Below, in pieces: positions 24,653 through 39,317 of a stretch of 64,000 nucleotides of DNA. Every line of letters starts with the position of its first letter. The first letter of the stretch is position 1. Origin of the DNA: Camelus ferus (Eukaryota). Location: positions 23,376,001-23,440,000 of the forward strand of contig NC_045696.1 in assembly GCF_009834535.1 (NCBI RefSeq), in the 5' to 3' direction. Position numbers and translations under genes: made by a program. A model generated the notes under the pieces. That model had not been told where the DNA came from. It made no database searches and was given only the letters and a program-made list of their open reading frames with translations.

Positions 24653-25184
24653 TGTATTAGTTTTCTACTGCTGCTGTCACAAATTACCACAAATTTAGTG
24701 GCTTAAAACAACCCAAATTAATCATCTTACAGTTCTGGAGGTCAGAAGTTCAAGATGGGTCTCTGTGAGCCAAGATCAAGGTATTGGCAGGGTTATGTTT
24801 CTCCCAGAGGCTCTAGGGGAGAATCTTGGTTTAGTATGGTTTAGTTTTTGTCCTTTTCAACTTCTAGAGGCCACCAATATTCCTGCTTCATGGCCTCTTC
24901 CTCCATTTTCAAAGCCAGAAAACAATGTATCTCTCTGACCATTCTTCCCCACTCCCATTTGCCCCAGACTCTGAAAACTCCTGCCTTCCTCTTTGACTTT
25001 CAAGGACCTTTGCAAATATGTTGGGCCCAACCCAATAACCCAGGATAATCTCAGCATCTACTGATTAGCATCCTCAATTCCATTTGCAATTATAATTTCT
25101 CTTTGTGATGTAATGTAATGTATTTCTTGGTTCTTGAAATTGGCAAGTAGACACCTCTGGGGGCCCATTATTCTGCTTACTACA
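24653..25184 (-). mobile_element. MLT1D/C-like MaLR solo LTR
   Basis: 'tgtattagttttctactgctgctgtcacaaattaccacaaatttagtggcttaaaacaac' ... 'ggggcccattattctgcttactaca'. Confidence 0.85.
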
Positions 25185-25747
25185 TGGAACAAGACTTAAA
25201 TTAACAAAAGAGAATCAATATTCACCAAATATATAAAGTCTGAGTTGGGGAATCATCTAGGGTCAAGAGTATCAACCAAAATCCCCCTCAGAAAGGAGTT
25301 AAGTAGCATTTGAGCTGAGATTACCAGACATGAATCATCAGCCTGTATGGGGCAGGGGGCATGGGAATGGAAGGTTCACTCAGACAGGCAGCAAGGGAGG
25401 CCTGGGAAGCAGACATCAGCCACTAACAGAAAGGGCCATGACTTCAAACTCCAGGCCACTCCCGGGCTTCCTCCTCCAACAAACCCAAGGTTTCTGTCTT
25501 TCGCTGGCCACAGCTCTCACTGGCCTCCACTCAAGTCTCACTACTTGATTGGCTGATGCTGGGATTAAGGAATAGGAAGGCAAATATTACACAGAGAGCC
25601 TGAGGAGGTCTTTATCTGAACCTAAATACTCAGGCTACCAGATTACAATATTTATTCATTTACCAATGACACAAATTACTGAATCCAAATATAAAAAGAA
25701 TTCAGATAGATCCAGGCACCAAAAATATGGACATGTCACTGAAAACA

Positions 25748-26715
25748 TATGGCAGACTGCTAATGAACCTAGTATCCATTCCCTTTTCTTTAGTGTAGAG
25801 CAGTTTCCTTTTGCTGCTGTAAAAATTTACCACAAACTTGGTGGCTTAAAACAACACAACACAAATTTATTCTCTTATGGTTTTGGTGGTTACAAGTTGA
25901 AATGAATTTTAAGGGGCTTGAAGTGTTGGTAGGACTGGCTCCTTCTGGAGGCTCCAAGGGATATTCTATTTTCTTGTCTTTTTCAGCTTCTAGGATCCAT
26001 CTGCATTCTTTAGGTCTCCACCTCTTCCTCCATTTTCAAACATGTCACTCCAACCACGGCTTCCATTATCCATTTCTTTCTCTGAATGTGCATCAAACTT
26101 GCGAGGACTGTCAAAATTACCCTGGGCCCACTTGGATATCCCCAAATACTCTTTTCATCTGGAGATTCTTAATCACATCAGCAAAGTCTCTACTAATCTA
26201 AAGTAGCATATTTGCAGGTTGTGGGGATGAGGACATTAATATTTTTGGGGTGGGGGTATTATTTTGTCTGTCACAGTAAGATAATCCTGATTTTTAGCTT
26301 AGTATGTGACCAAATGGGATAACAATTATATATCACAATCTACTCTGTGATTAGGTATGACTATATGACTAAGTTTTGGCAAATGAGATATACGCTAAAG
26401 TGCTGAAAATTTCAGGAAGTTTGCCTAAGGGAAACTGATATGCCCTGTGACTTCTTCCATTCTGATGGCTGGAATGCAAACACAAGGGTTGGAACATAAG
26501 CAGCCATCTTGGATCAAAGAGTTAACCTTTGCAATGGAAGCCATATATAGTAAAACAACAGATAGAAAAAACCGGGGTCTCTTTTGGAACACCAGAACAA
26601 GCTTGAGCTGACTTCTAGATGTCTTGACTATGAGATAAAAATATATTTTTCTCTTGCTTAAGCTATGATTATTTGGTGGTTCCTGTTACAGCCAGATTTA
26701 ATGCCAACTAATACA
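25748..26715 (+). mobile_element. MLT1J-like LTR split by a younger LTR
   Basis: 5' piece 'tatggcagactg...ccattcccttttctttag' resumes at 26276, includes 'gcagccatcttgg' and ends 'caactaataca' at 26715. Confidence 0.6.
25794..26275 (-). mobile_element. MLT1C/D/E-like MaLR solo LTR (nested)
   Basis: 'tgtagagcagtttccttttgctgctgtaaaaatttaccacaaacttggtggcttaaaacaacac' ... 'gggggtattattttgtctgtcaca'. Confidence 0.8.
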
Positions 26716-29700
26716 AATGTATTTTTGCATTATATAAATTAGTATTAAACTTTCATCTTTCAAAAAACTTATACCATTGGCTCTGTGTGTACAAAATGTT
26801 TTTCATAAGTAGAGGGATTTTATAATAATGACAGCTAGCATGTTTATATGCAAGGTGCTAAAGGGAAGTCTCTAGATAAAGTTGGATTTATGAAAACTAA
26901 ATATAAATTTAAATTATCAGTTTATTTCCTTATCACTACCCTAAATAAAGCAAAATTTAAACAAATTATAACTTCAAAGGGTTGATCTAAATGCTAGCAC
27001 CAAATATTGACCAAAGAACAATGCCAACTGAGAAAAACTCCTTTAAGGGCCTTTGCATTAGGTCTTCTGTCTCCTTGATAAGGGCTGGCTTAATTTACCT
27101 TTTTAAGCTAGAAAAAAAAAGCTATGATTAAAAAACTTAAAAAGAAGTACACACCACGACTAATATACATTTTTATCTTCCCTTTACCTAGCAGGATCTT
27201 GAATATATACTGCCTCTAGCCTTTTACACGTAATTTATGAGCTCATAAAAAGAAAAATTCCTATATTTGAACATGTCAACTTAGTACACATACATTCACA
27301 GATAGAACATCTCAAGCCAATTATTTCTATATTCAGTTATTTTTTAATGTATTCAATTATATATACATATGAATGTGTATATACAAATATCACTTCACTG
27401 AAATATGTATTATTCCCAAATTAAATACAAAGGCATAACAAAACCCCTTCTACTATATATCTCATTTCTACTCACTGTAGCATTATTGTAGAGGGAGTCT
27501 TCTTAGTAGTGTTTAACTTGTATATCTGTATATAACAGACATAATAAATTTCATACATGGGAATATATATATATTTAAGGTAATAGCATTTGTGAAAGAT
27601 GTAATTTTGCTTTTCTATATATAAATTCTTCAAATGTTACGTCTACATATGAATGAAATTTCAAAGGCAAATAATACAGAAGATGATATTTAGGAGAAAA
27701 TGTAGTAAAAATATTATAATTAACCCATAGAAGCAAATTTAGAGTCAAGACAACCAAAAGCATAAGAAAAAAAACTATTATATGTTATAGATTGGCTGGC
27801 ATAATCCCTAATATTTGACCATTTTGTATGCACATAGTTTGTACCAGAGAAAACAGAATTATAAAATGAATAATAATGGATCATATACTGACAGCCTCCA
27901 ACTTAACAAAGAAATGATGCTCTGAAAGCTTATCTGTAAGCTGACTGCCCAAAACTTAGAGCATTTTTTGTTGTTGTTTATCCCAACATTATATCATTAA
28001 AAAGTTCAAGGTTTCAACAAAACTGAAAGAATTTTACAATGAATAAGTATATTTCTCCCCGACCTACATTCTCTCACTAACATTTTCTATATTCACTATA
28101 TCATGTATGTCAAAACAATAAATAATTACACTTTCCTTCTAATGGCAGGTTGCTGTTCCAAGACACATAAGCTGAATTAAGCTTACAGCATGGCACCGAT
28201 TTACATTAAGTTGTTTAACCTTCTCCAGGACAAGAATTTAAGTGGTAATGTTGCATCTGTGTAATAGAAAACTGCAAAATGAAAGAAAGTAGAAGTAGGC
28301 TGTCCATAATTATATCACCAAACAACTGCAGTAATAGTTTAAAAACAATTTAAACACTTTAATTTTGCTTTCCTTAGATTTCATTTTTATACAATATTAA
28401 TTGTTGAGCAATTTTCATAACTTCCATTGTCATTTTAAATGAGTAACTAATAACACATTGAATGCACGTCCCAAAATTTACTTAACCATTATTTAACCAT
28501 TCACTTGTAATATTTGGGTGGTTTTTCAGTTATTGTTATCATAAAGATGCTGCTTCAGTTTTTCTCCCTCATGTGTTCTTCCCTGAATTCAGAATTGGAA
28601 TTACTATTTCAGTGGAAGAATAAAAATCTGATTTACCTAATTCATATTAATTATTAATAAATACTTCACTTTTTACATATTAATGAATGGCCATGTTTGA
28701 TACCTAAGAATGGGAAGGAACAGTGACAGCTTCCCTTCTGATATTTAAGATCTGCCTTTTTCCCATTAGAACAACATGTTCTATTTCATATTTCTTTAAA
28801 GTGGGACATCTAATAATCCAAAAATACAGTGTATTTTTGTGGTATTCAGTGAAAAAAAAGTTAAGGGAAGTATCTGTTCCTACAGATGGATATTGAAAGA
28901 GAGGAACATGACCACTCTCTTCACTATAGACCCATCCATAAGTCACAGGAGATAAATCAAAATTAACCTGTACCTAACTCTAATGTTGTAAGTTTCAATT
29001 TGACTTAGAGTTTGCACTTGCACACTATTAAAATTATGGAAAATAAAAATACAGAAAAATTGCAAGTAATTTATGGCAGCTTTTAAGTTGATTCTGCAGT
29101 GTGAGAGCTGTCTAACAGTGAAAAGAGGAGTGAATTAAAAAGGATAGGAAATAAATTATTGAGTGAGAAATAAAAGTGAAAAAAAGTATCTAGCAGATTT
29201 GATGCTAGAGAAAGCAGTACATTAACAACCAAAGGCAGAGAAACATCAAAAACCTGTCTGAGGTTACACATTCTAAGATCGTTACACCATTATGATCTTT
29301 GCCTTTGATTCTATAACAATCTTGTATGGGTGATTAAAAACTGTGATGTTTGCACAATGGGGGAAGATTTCTTCAGACTGTCATTAATATAAAGTATTCT
29401 GGGTCCTGGATACAGTCATCCAATGCCAAGGACATAATGCAACTTTTGAAAATCCTTTCAGTGACTACCATTAGAGAAACGGAACACTTATTTTATACCT
29501 GGCTGACAGGGAAAGATATCCTTCCATCTCAGGGTCACACATGCAGGCTCGATATAGAATATTACATCATGAAATATTACGTTAAAGTCTAGATACTGTC
29601 TGTATATGCCTGTCCTCAGGCCCAAGATACCTCATTAGAATTCAGCCATCACTACATAAAACTAAATATACTTTTTAACCATTTTATGAATACATCACAT

Positions 29701-30399
29701 TGACAGGCTGTTAATCGCCTTCTCTATGTGCTAAATTTCCTCATACTTAATGGAAATTCTCATTGATTACTTAATCTTGTTATGCTTTTGCTAAGTGAAT
29801 TAATATGCTTAGGATATTAAATTGAAGGATTCTTGCTCATCTGCTCAAACTTTGCATTTTCACCAGGTTGACAAACTAATTTCCAAGAAAAAAAAAAACA
29901 TTAGCAATAGTCTCCTCCCTGCTATTACACATGACATATGAAACAAAAATAATTTGAAACGACTGAAGCAAGATGTTTCAGAGAAATATGTAAGGGCTAT
30001 GCCCAGTGAAACATGAATCCATATTATTATGTTGAAATTAGGTTTGCAATATAGTTTAAAGTTCGAAGTAACTTTTGGAGAATGGCCCCATATCACTACA
30101 ATGGAATGTATAGCAATGGAAACAAGCTGCAGTTCTCCGCTGACCTGAGCCAAGCACAGAAAAGGGAGACGAGGCACTTAGGAAAAACAACTAAAAGGTT
30201 ACAGGAAAGATATCTGATACGCTTTAATTATAATTGCCTTTTGCTACAAATCGTGCCATTTTTCTAAAATCAATTAAATTTTAGTTTTTATATTTGGAAA
30301 TCACTAAGGATACTAGCTTAAGTCTAAGAAGTATTAGAAATTCATTTTCTAAATATTTAAATTACTACAAACCAAAGTAACTTTTTAAAAGGAACCATC

Positions 30400-30640
30400 A
30401 AATCCTTAAATCTTAGAATTGCATACTGAAATATTTACAGGTAAACTGATACGATGTCTAAGATTCATTCATTTAAAATAATCCAGCAGAGTAAAGGAAC
30501 TGAGAGGAGTAAAAAGGCTGAATTAGCCAGGTGTTGATAATTACAGAAACTGGGGGATGTACACAGGAGGCTTTTATATTCTTCTCTCTGTCTCACACAC
30601 ACATCACTCAGAAAATAGTTTGTTTTTTTTTTTTTAAAGG
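30400..30640 (+). mobile_element. L1MC-like 3' end fragment
   Basis: 'catactgaaatatttacaggtaaactgatacgatgtctaagatt...aaaataatccag'. Confidence 0.6.
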
Positions 30641-30984
30641 AAGCTCTAAAGCATTTATTTAAACCAGCTCTGGTGATAACATACGTAAACACATGTGAGA
30701 GAGTGAAACAAGGAAAGAATACCCAGAATGCTGAAAATGCTCAGTTTCCTAACAGACAAGAATGCACTCACTGAAGTAAGCAACACTGAAGAAAGAAAAA
30801 GAAGCACTCAACAGATGTTCCGATCAACAAGAAGAACCTAAGGATCAGTGGTGAAACTTTAGAAGCAGCTGGAACTTCAGAACTCTCTGCTCTGCTTCCC
30901 TTCCGAGCAAACTGCACACAAGAATTGCAAGATGACTTGTACTCCACATAGTTGGCAGTTTATTGACAGAAAGTTTTATAACAG

Positions 30985-31200
30985 AAAGTTGTTGAGCATG
31001 TATTACACGCCAACCACAAGACCAGGTGCTGAGGACACCAAGAAGAGAAGAACAAAACCACCCCCTCTTAAGAGGGAGACAGACATTCAAATCAATAATT
31101 ACAGCATCAGTATTAAGTGATGTGACAGGGTTATGGATAATACTGCAGGAGAACAGGAGAGAAAAGCCCAATTCCCCATAGGAGGACCATGGCGAATTTA
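30985..31200 (-). mobile_element. L2 fragment
   Basis: 'ttgttgagcatgtattac...ccaggtgctgaggacac...gggagacagacattcaaatcaataattacag'. Confidence 0.55.
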
Positions 31201-31328
31201 TGACAGAACTGGGGCTAGAACACACGATTCCATATTCCTAGTTTAAAGTTGTCTTTGTCAGAAACTATTTGGTCTGGGAAGAAAAAATCTTACTTGGATT
31301 TTCAAAAAGATATATCATAAGGGAACAG

Positions 31329-31374
31329 AGAACACAACTGCAGAAAATATAAGAACACAATTGCAGAAAATATA
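31329..31374 (+). repeat. 23-bp tandem duplication, one mismatch
   Basis: agaacacaactgcagaaaatata / agaacacaattgcagaaaatata. Confidence 0.85.
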
Positions 31375-34300
31375 AAAAAAATATGAATTTATCAGACAGC
31401 AACTCTGGGGCTATACCATTTCTCATCTCCATGTCTTTTGGCGTTTGCTTCCATTTCTTTCTACAAACCAGCTCTCAGCTCACTTACACACTTTCATATA
31501 AACCATAATATGGCTACCCTGCAATGAAGGGCAATCTGCATAATTCTAGTCCAACCTGCTATAATGAGGTAAGTTTCCACCTGATTCCAAATTCCCTTGA
31601 GAGGAAATTTTATGGGTTGTACTGGCATCCAGGGCCTACCCTCAAATACTCTGCTGCAGGACAGAGAGTTGAGGCCTTTGGAGCTAAGTCTTTTGGTTTC
31701 TGGGTGACTATCTTGTGGTGAAGGACCGTTTCCTCTACCTCCTTGATAAGCATGTTATGGGAATTATTACAAACCTAACATAAAACTCTCTGAAACTGCT
31801 AAAAAGGAATGAAAAGGAATGCTCTCTGGTAATATTAAGTTACACCATATTAATATAAGGTTGTCTTTTGAAAAAAAAATCAAATAATAAAACATCATAA
31901 TTTTAAAAAGAGATTAAATTCATCATTTTAGCCAAAAGACATTGGTTGATACATTTTGAAAGGTTACAGTAACAAAAACAGCACAACGAGAGGAGGAAGG
32001 TTTGATTCATTTTAATGAAATTTCTCCAACTCCAATTACTTAAGTGTTCATAAAGAATTAGACAATAATTAAATAAAGGTACAAGTGCCCAGGCGTTACT
32101 ACACTTATTCTTCCTAATTCTACCGAATTATACGATATTGTATTCAAAAAAGACAATGATCTTTAACACATAAAAAAAAGTCACTAATAGTGCCTATACC
32201 ATATATTGATTTCAACAAAATAGAGTATGTGAGCAAGAAGGGGTAATGCACTTCATTTTCTTTGCCAGGAGTAGTTTGGTTGACACGTCTCTAATACTTT
32301 ATAAAACATACATTCTAAAATAGTGTGAAGCAATAATGCAACCACAGGAGGGATTATGTGTGCAATAAATAAACTTAGACTAGCAGAGACATAATTAGGA
32401 ATTAGAAATAATCTTGTGCTGGGGAAGAGATAACCTTGAAACTTCGTCTTGCATAGAGTATGGGAATGAAGTAATAACTGCACTTATTTTTTTCTTATTT
32501 ATTACTCATTTTCACACCTATCTGTTCATTTTTGACAATCAGTAGTAATTGCAAAATAGTAATTGCAGCAAAACAGAGCCAAAAAGGACACCAAAAAATG
32601 AGAACACCGATGAAATATTTGCAATAAGCCATCATCTAGACGTGACAAGCTGTAAAATTTCGAAAGGCTATCTAGGCAACTCATGAAAGGGAATACTGGG
32701 GAATAGACACTCAAGAACCGACTGACAACCCTGTATCAAGAGTTAACTTAAAAGACCAAATAAAAGCTAGAAGAGAAGGGAGACCCTCCAATAATAGACA
32801 CAGGGAAATATTATAACCACATGCCACAGACTTAAAGGGAATTTTATCTGATACAGCACAATTTGGGTCAAATTGGAAAAAAAAATAGTGTAAGCTGAAA
32901 CACAAACCTTTCCTTAAGAAAGTATTTTATTTTATGGTAAATAAGTGGAGGAAGTTCCAATGAATCTCACTAACACCATCCAGCTTGGAAAAACAAGAGA
33001 AGGGGATGTTATACAAGACATGGGAAAGACAGGTTCCCCTGTTCCCCACCACTGGTCAACAGCCTTCCAAAGCCATGGCCTGTGACACTGTGCCCATCCT
33101 CCAACCCAGCATCTCAGCAGAAGGCTGGATCTGTCCCATGATTGTGAAGGAGCCATGCTTAATTGGAGAGGCAAGATCTGAGGGCAGGCTGAAGTCTGTA
33201 GTCATTAGAAATAGAAACTTGGAGTAATTTTACACTTCAGACAAAGAGTGACATTTCTCTTCAGACAACTATGTGGGATATTGAAAAAAAGAAAAAGAAG
33301 TCCACAAGCTTCAGGGCTTTTCTCTCTAGTGTGGTCAGTAAAAGAACTGAAATCCAGAAAGTCACCCACTCCTCCCCCAAACCTAGAGACATCTGATTAC
33401 AGTAATTTCTGTGAACATAGAGGAAGCGTTTTCAAAGACCAGTTTCTTCAACTGTGACTACTCATGGCTAAACTTGCTCCCCATGTCCCACAAGCCACAA
33501 AATAATTAAGGAGGATCCTCCAATGATCTTCAAAGAATCAATAAACAGAGATAATCACCAGGAAAGTTGATTAGCATTATTTTATTGATAGATAGGACAA
33601 ATAGTCCATAGGTCAGGTCCCCACCAGATAGTGCACACACAGTAACAGGAAAATTCACACAAAAATTCTGCAAAAAGTAAATAATGAGCATGCTCTGACA
33701 AGTGGTCTCCCAGAATTAAATGGTGTTTTTTTTTTTGTTTTTTCCCCTCTGAGCTTCTCCAACCACCTACATGCCCAAAGACCACTGTATTTGCTGATGG
33801 CAGCCACCCTTCAGGGAGATGGCACCCTGCATCCCCAAGAGTGGCCACACTTAGACATGTATGTCTGAAGGAGGAGGGCCTAACAGGACCTTTTGTCCCT
33901 GACAGTAACTGATGAGAGCTACTCATTTAAGGAATGGTTTCAGGACAAAGAGTTTCCTGCACAGAGATGTAACTCCATTTGTGTATTGAGATTTCAAAGG
34001 AAAAGTTATGCAACTATGAGGTAGATTTGGGAGATGCAGGAAAGGAAGACTGTGGTACTGAGTCCACAAAGGAAAGAATTTTGTATCAACTCCAGCACAA
34101 CACCCTAAAACTGATCACTGGAAGAAGTGAGGCTTTAACGGGCAAAGTAAATGAAAAATTTCTGTGAGCAAGATTGTTTTTAAGGGTCCTGTGGAATAAA
34201 GGATCCAGTCAACTGCTACATTCTGATCTTGAATTCAAGACCAGCCACTAGAATCTTTCCTGTTGTCAACTGCTCAGGGCAAATACTGCAGCTCCCTGGG

Positions 34301-34598
34301 CCACTCTGAGAGATATGGGAGGTAACCAGAATCTGAGCAATGGCACTATGCACTGGGACCTGACATCACCCTTCCTTGTAGATACTGCAGAAAAATATAC
34401 AAAATATACATAAGTAAGACTGTACTCAATTCCCTGCCACTTACAATCATTAAGAGACCTCCAAACACATAATAGATGGACTGTTCTGATCATGCTACTG
34501 TTGCCTGAAAAGGGGAAACAGAGGGGATGAGTAGTGCACATGTTTTTGAACTCTGAAGCAAAATTAGGGGAAATTAGCTACACTTCTGGTTACATGGT

Positions 34599-34970
34599 TT
34601 TTCTTAGTCCATTAGCTTCTATAACAGAATACCCATAGACTGAGTGGCTTATAAACAATAGAAATTTATTTCTCATAGTTCTGGAGGCTGGGAAGTCCAT
34701 GCTCAAGGAACCAGCAGATTCAGGGTCTGGGGAAAGCCTGCTTCCTGGTTCATAAATGATGTCTTCTAGCTGTAACCTCACAGGGCAGAAGGACAAGGGA
34801 TCTCTCTTGGGCTTCTTTTGCAGGACACTAATTCCATTTGTGAGGGCTCTGCCCACTTGATCTAATCACCTCCCAAAGGCTTCATTTCTAAACACAATCA
34901 GATTGGGTAAGAGAAATCAACATATGAATTGGGGGGTGAGGGGAAGGACACACACATTCAGTCTACAGCA
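34599..34970 (-). mobile_element. MLT1A-like MaLR solo LTR
   Basis: 'tcttagtcc...ggcttataaacaatagaaatttatttctcatagttctggaggctgggaagtcca' ... 'cacacattcagtctacagca'. Confidence 0.85.
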
Positions 34971-35224
34971 TGGCTATAGTAGGGGGGGCACACTGTTTAT
35001 ATATTCAAGGACAGAGATCTTACATGTGAAAATGTACCCCTAAAACAGAAGAAATTTTAAATAGTGACTGTTTTGATCTTTCAATGCAATTAAATATTTC
35101 AAGGGTCCATATAAGTAAGATATAGAAAAGGAGATAATAAATTTTTTCAAAAAAACAGGAAAGCTAGGAAGAAAAATTTAAGGATAAAGAACCATTCAAA
35201 TCTATAAGAATATTAATCAGTCTA

Positions 35225-35970
35225 ATTAAAAAGGCTTGAACAGCACACTTCACAAAAGAATACATTCAAATGATGAGCAAATATATGAAATATGCAAATA
35301 TCATCCTTAATTGGAAAAATAAAAGTGCAATTAGCTATTATTACACACATACAAAATGGTTCCCATGAAGAAGATCACTGGTGAGAATGTAAAGCAAATG
35401 GAAATCTTATACATTGTTGATGGGGATGTAAGATGGTATAATCACTCTGAAAAGCTATTTGACATTATGTATCAAAGCTATATATTCATATAAACTATGA
35501 GCCAGTAATTTTATCTCTAGAAATGCACAATATGTGGAGCAAGACATCTCAAAAATGTGCATAGCTTTATTCTTAATGGCTCCAAACTTGAAACACAAAT
35601 GTCCATCAACAATAGAATGGAATAAGCAGAATAAGAATGGAATAAATGGAATAAGTAAAAGCAATAATGAATAAGTAAAATAAGTAAATTCACACAAAAA
35701 CACTAAATATCACTGAGAACAAACATCTGCTATATTAAAAGATCTCACAAACATAATACTAAGCAAAAGTAGCTAGACACAAAAGAGTATATATTGTATG
35801 ACTTCTTTTAGAAGTTCAAAATAGGCAAAACTAATCTATGGTGATAGAGATCAAAGTACTGGCTGTCTTTAGGTTTATAAAACTTTATAAAAGTTTATCT
35901 AGCTCTACACATAAGATTTGAGAACTTTACTGTAATTATTCTAAACTTACTTTAAAAATTAAAAAATAAT
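35225..35970 (+). mobile_element. L1ME-like ORF2 end and 3'UTR
   Basis: 'cacttcacaaaagaatacattcaaatg', 'atgtccatcaacaatagaatgg', 'aggcaaaactaatctatggtgatagag'. Confidence 0.75.
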
Positions 35971-37071
35971 TTAAGAAAGTTAAAGAAAAGCTGTATCAGA
36001 ACTGAGAATGGCCAGAGAAGTATAAAAATGCAGAATCAATATTGAAGAAAATCTAATCCATAGAATTTAATCTCCTACAACAAAGAGGGAAATAAAAATA
36101 ATAAAAAAAATCTATGAGAAGATATGAATGTGGAAGACATATAACAGTGATGTAATCTACAATTACTGCTTTTGCAAAAAAGAACATGGCAAATGGAACT
36201 AAAACAATAGTCAAATATGTAATTGATAAAATGTTTTCTAAAGTGAAAATCTTCAGATCAAAAGCATTTATTGCATGGTAGGCAAAATTAACAAAATACA
36301 AAACCTAAGAGAGTCTGGTATAAAGTATTTGATTTTAAGGATTCCACAAGATTCTGTTCATCAGCATGACTCACCAGAAGTCTACATTCACCCATGTCCT
36401 TCCCTGGAAACTTGGCAGAAAAAGACACTCAAAAGGACAAAAATCAAGCCAGTGCCAGACTTCCCCATGTATGATATTAGATGCCAGAAGACAGAATAAT
36501 AGCTAGAAATAATTGACAGAGAGACTATGATTCCAGAATTCTGTCCTCATCCCACTTGACATTTACTCAGTAAAGCAACAAAAAGATTGAATATACAGGA
36601 AATTAGAAACTATGTATCTGCATTGTATCCTTTCCATGGAGGAAAAAATTACTATCTGAATAAATCTAAGAATTATTCCAAACATAGAACAAATGATCTT
36701 AGAAGGTGATATTAAAAAACTGTCTATAATAATTTATTATATGGAATAATTAGTTTGGATTTTAAGTCAAGAGTCTACATAAATGAAATCATATCTTTGG
36801 TATGAATTATGCTGTTTGATATATAAATTGAGAAAAAACTTAATTCAGGGGCACCAAATGGTGGGGAGCCAGTGGTCACTGGTGAGAACTGGGAAACAAA
36901 AAATGAGTTTGTAGCTACTATGTCTACAGGATGCAATTTCAGCTTATTTCCAGAGAATCTGATCTTCAAAATCTGAAGATTTGGGTGACTATCCCACAGG
37001 TGATTTGCAGCAGGAGATAATTCCCTGGGATGTCTGTAGTTTCATTAACTAGAGTGTAACCTCTATTTTAA

Positions 37072-37109
<38 letters not shown>

Positions 37110-37195
37110 ATAATAATAATAATAAATAATAATAATAATAATAATAATAATAAAGTAAAAAGAAGCAGTAGTAGTAGCAGTAGCAGTAGTAGTAG
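37072..37195 (+). repeat. Compound (TAG)n(TAA)n trinucleotide microsatellite
   Basis: Directly visible. Confidence 0.9.
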
Positions 37196-38199
37196 AAACA
37201 ATCCTCTGGGTCAACGGACTTCATGATTTTTAAAGTAAGTGTCAGTGCTGATCTTCCTTCCAGTCCTGTGCCTATTCCATAGCTCTGTTCCTTTTACCAT
37301 CTACTCATCACAGATACCTCTCAATACATATGTCTTATTTCCACCTCGCCATATGATAAAGTAAATAAATTAAACAATTTTACAGTGGCACCAAATATGG
37401 AACTCACTTTTTAAAAGAAATAATCATGTAAAAATGGTTACACTATAAAATGCCAATACATATTGGCACATATTACACCATTAAAAGTGAAAATGATAAT
37501 TTTAGTTAAATAAACTGAGGCCCAAATCTTAGAGCATATCAACAAATTTTGAGATGTTGAGGGAGGGAGCAGAAGAAAAAGAAGAAATGTAAGTGTGCTA
37601 ATTGTCCAAAATTTCATACAGGAAACGAATACTTTTTATTTCTTAAGTTTACAGGTTGCTGAATACAAGTTTACGCATGTTACTGAAATCTATACAAATC
37701 GCCTTTTATAGAACAACAACAATCCCATCTAAGGGCCATGCATCTTCATTAACAGATGACACACAGAAACACAGAGCTGTAGCCAAAGGTTGTGTTCCAG
37801 AGGTACTGGGCTGGCTAGAAGATAAAGCAGGTTACTGCCACACTCTCAAACCCATGTACTTTCCTGGAAAAATGAATATAAGACTCTGGGGAGCAACAAT
37901 TAAATCTCAGAAATATTCATAATTTGATATAACTGGTGAGAAACAGTCACTTTAATGATAAAACAAAAACTAGTTCTACTTGCAAATCAATACACATAGC
38001 TATACAAAAGGGATGGTATGTGAAATATCTGTTTATGGCAAACACCCAGGACAGGGAATAATCTGGGTCATCTTCTGTTTCCTTGTGACCACCTCCGCAC
38101 CAAAACATAAACATACAAATTGCAAACAAAAGTAAAAACTCTGAATTCCAAGAAAGTTTATTTCAAAGGATTTTGAGAGTTTTCCCCAAATCCTGCCCA

Positions 38200-38495
38200 A
38201 ATATATCATTAACTTTCAAAGAAGCAGAAGTTCTGTGCAATTTTTACAGTAAGCTACAAAGGAAAAAAGGAGCAGTAGAATAAGAGTGGAGTCCTTGAGC
38301 CAAATGGCCATTGGAGGAGCACCATGTCTCCCAGGAAGGACACTGACTTCATATCCTTGTCCTTCTCAGTCACTGACTGGGAGAAGCTCATAGGAAGTGT
38401 GGCTCCATCACAAATGTGCAATAGATTTTGCAGGAGCTAGGGCCCTCAGTCAATTACACTTCCTATAACGGGAGATCTGTGAATCCATGATCACC
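38200..38495 (-). mobile_element. LTR33-like ERVL LTR fragment
   Basis: 'catgtctcccaggaagg...ctcagtcactgactgggagaagc...ggccctcagtcaattacacttcc...ggagatctg'. Confidence 0.6.
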
Positions 38496-38616
38496 AAGCA
38501 TTTAAGGCTTTGAAGAATAAATAAGCTACATTAATAAAAATTTAGAATGATATTTCCAAAAGCATCTTCTGTTAAAAATTATTTCATGAGTTTAAGCCTC
38601 TCTTTCTCTCTTTTTT

Positions 38617-38617
38617 A

Positions 38618-38663
<46 letters not shown>
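38617..38663 (+). repeat. (CA)n microsatellite
   Basis: Directly visible. Confidence 0.9.
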
Positions 38664-38665
<2 letters not shown>

Positions 38666-39317
38666 TTCTGATGTTATACCAACCACTGAAAAATTAGCCC
38701 CTGAGGAAGAGTGGAAAGAAAGTGGATCTCATTCTATAACTTTACCATCCCTAAAAGGATTATACTAATACAAATACGTAGATTGCTTGCTCTTACCCTA
38801 AGGTTATTTGAATCTAAAAGGGAAATAGACCTAATATTTTTTCTAGATGTATTACATATGTTATCTCATACCTCTTCATAACATGATTCTGATATATGTA
38901 AAATTATCTCTATTTTCAGAAATTAGGAATTGAATTGGCTTAACACAGTCATTAGGTTTTTAATCTAGGTCTTTTTGGCAGCCTTTAAGTTTATTCTACT
39001 GTACTCCCTTGGAATCTTCCAAACAGTTTTAGACATAGAAGAAACAGAATTCAAATTAAGAAGGCAGTGAAATTTTACTAAGCAATATAATTTACACTTT
39101 TGAAAGCTACATAAGAAGAAAAATTCAAATAAGCATTTTGTTGTAAAAATTCTCAGAGAAAGGAATTCATTACACAAGCCATGAAAAAGAAAAGAGATGG
39201 AATGTAGTATTTAGCAATTATCAACATGTTATTGATCCCAGATTCCTTATTAACCTATGAAAAAGAAGGATAAAATCTTCACACCATGGAAATAGTAAGA
39301 GATTGAACAAGTTATAT

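Noticed and set aside
20195..26201. Several 60-100 aa ORFs over MLT1 LTRs
   Set aside because: Chance ORFs inside non-coding LTR sequence.
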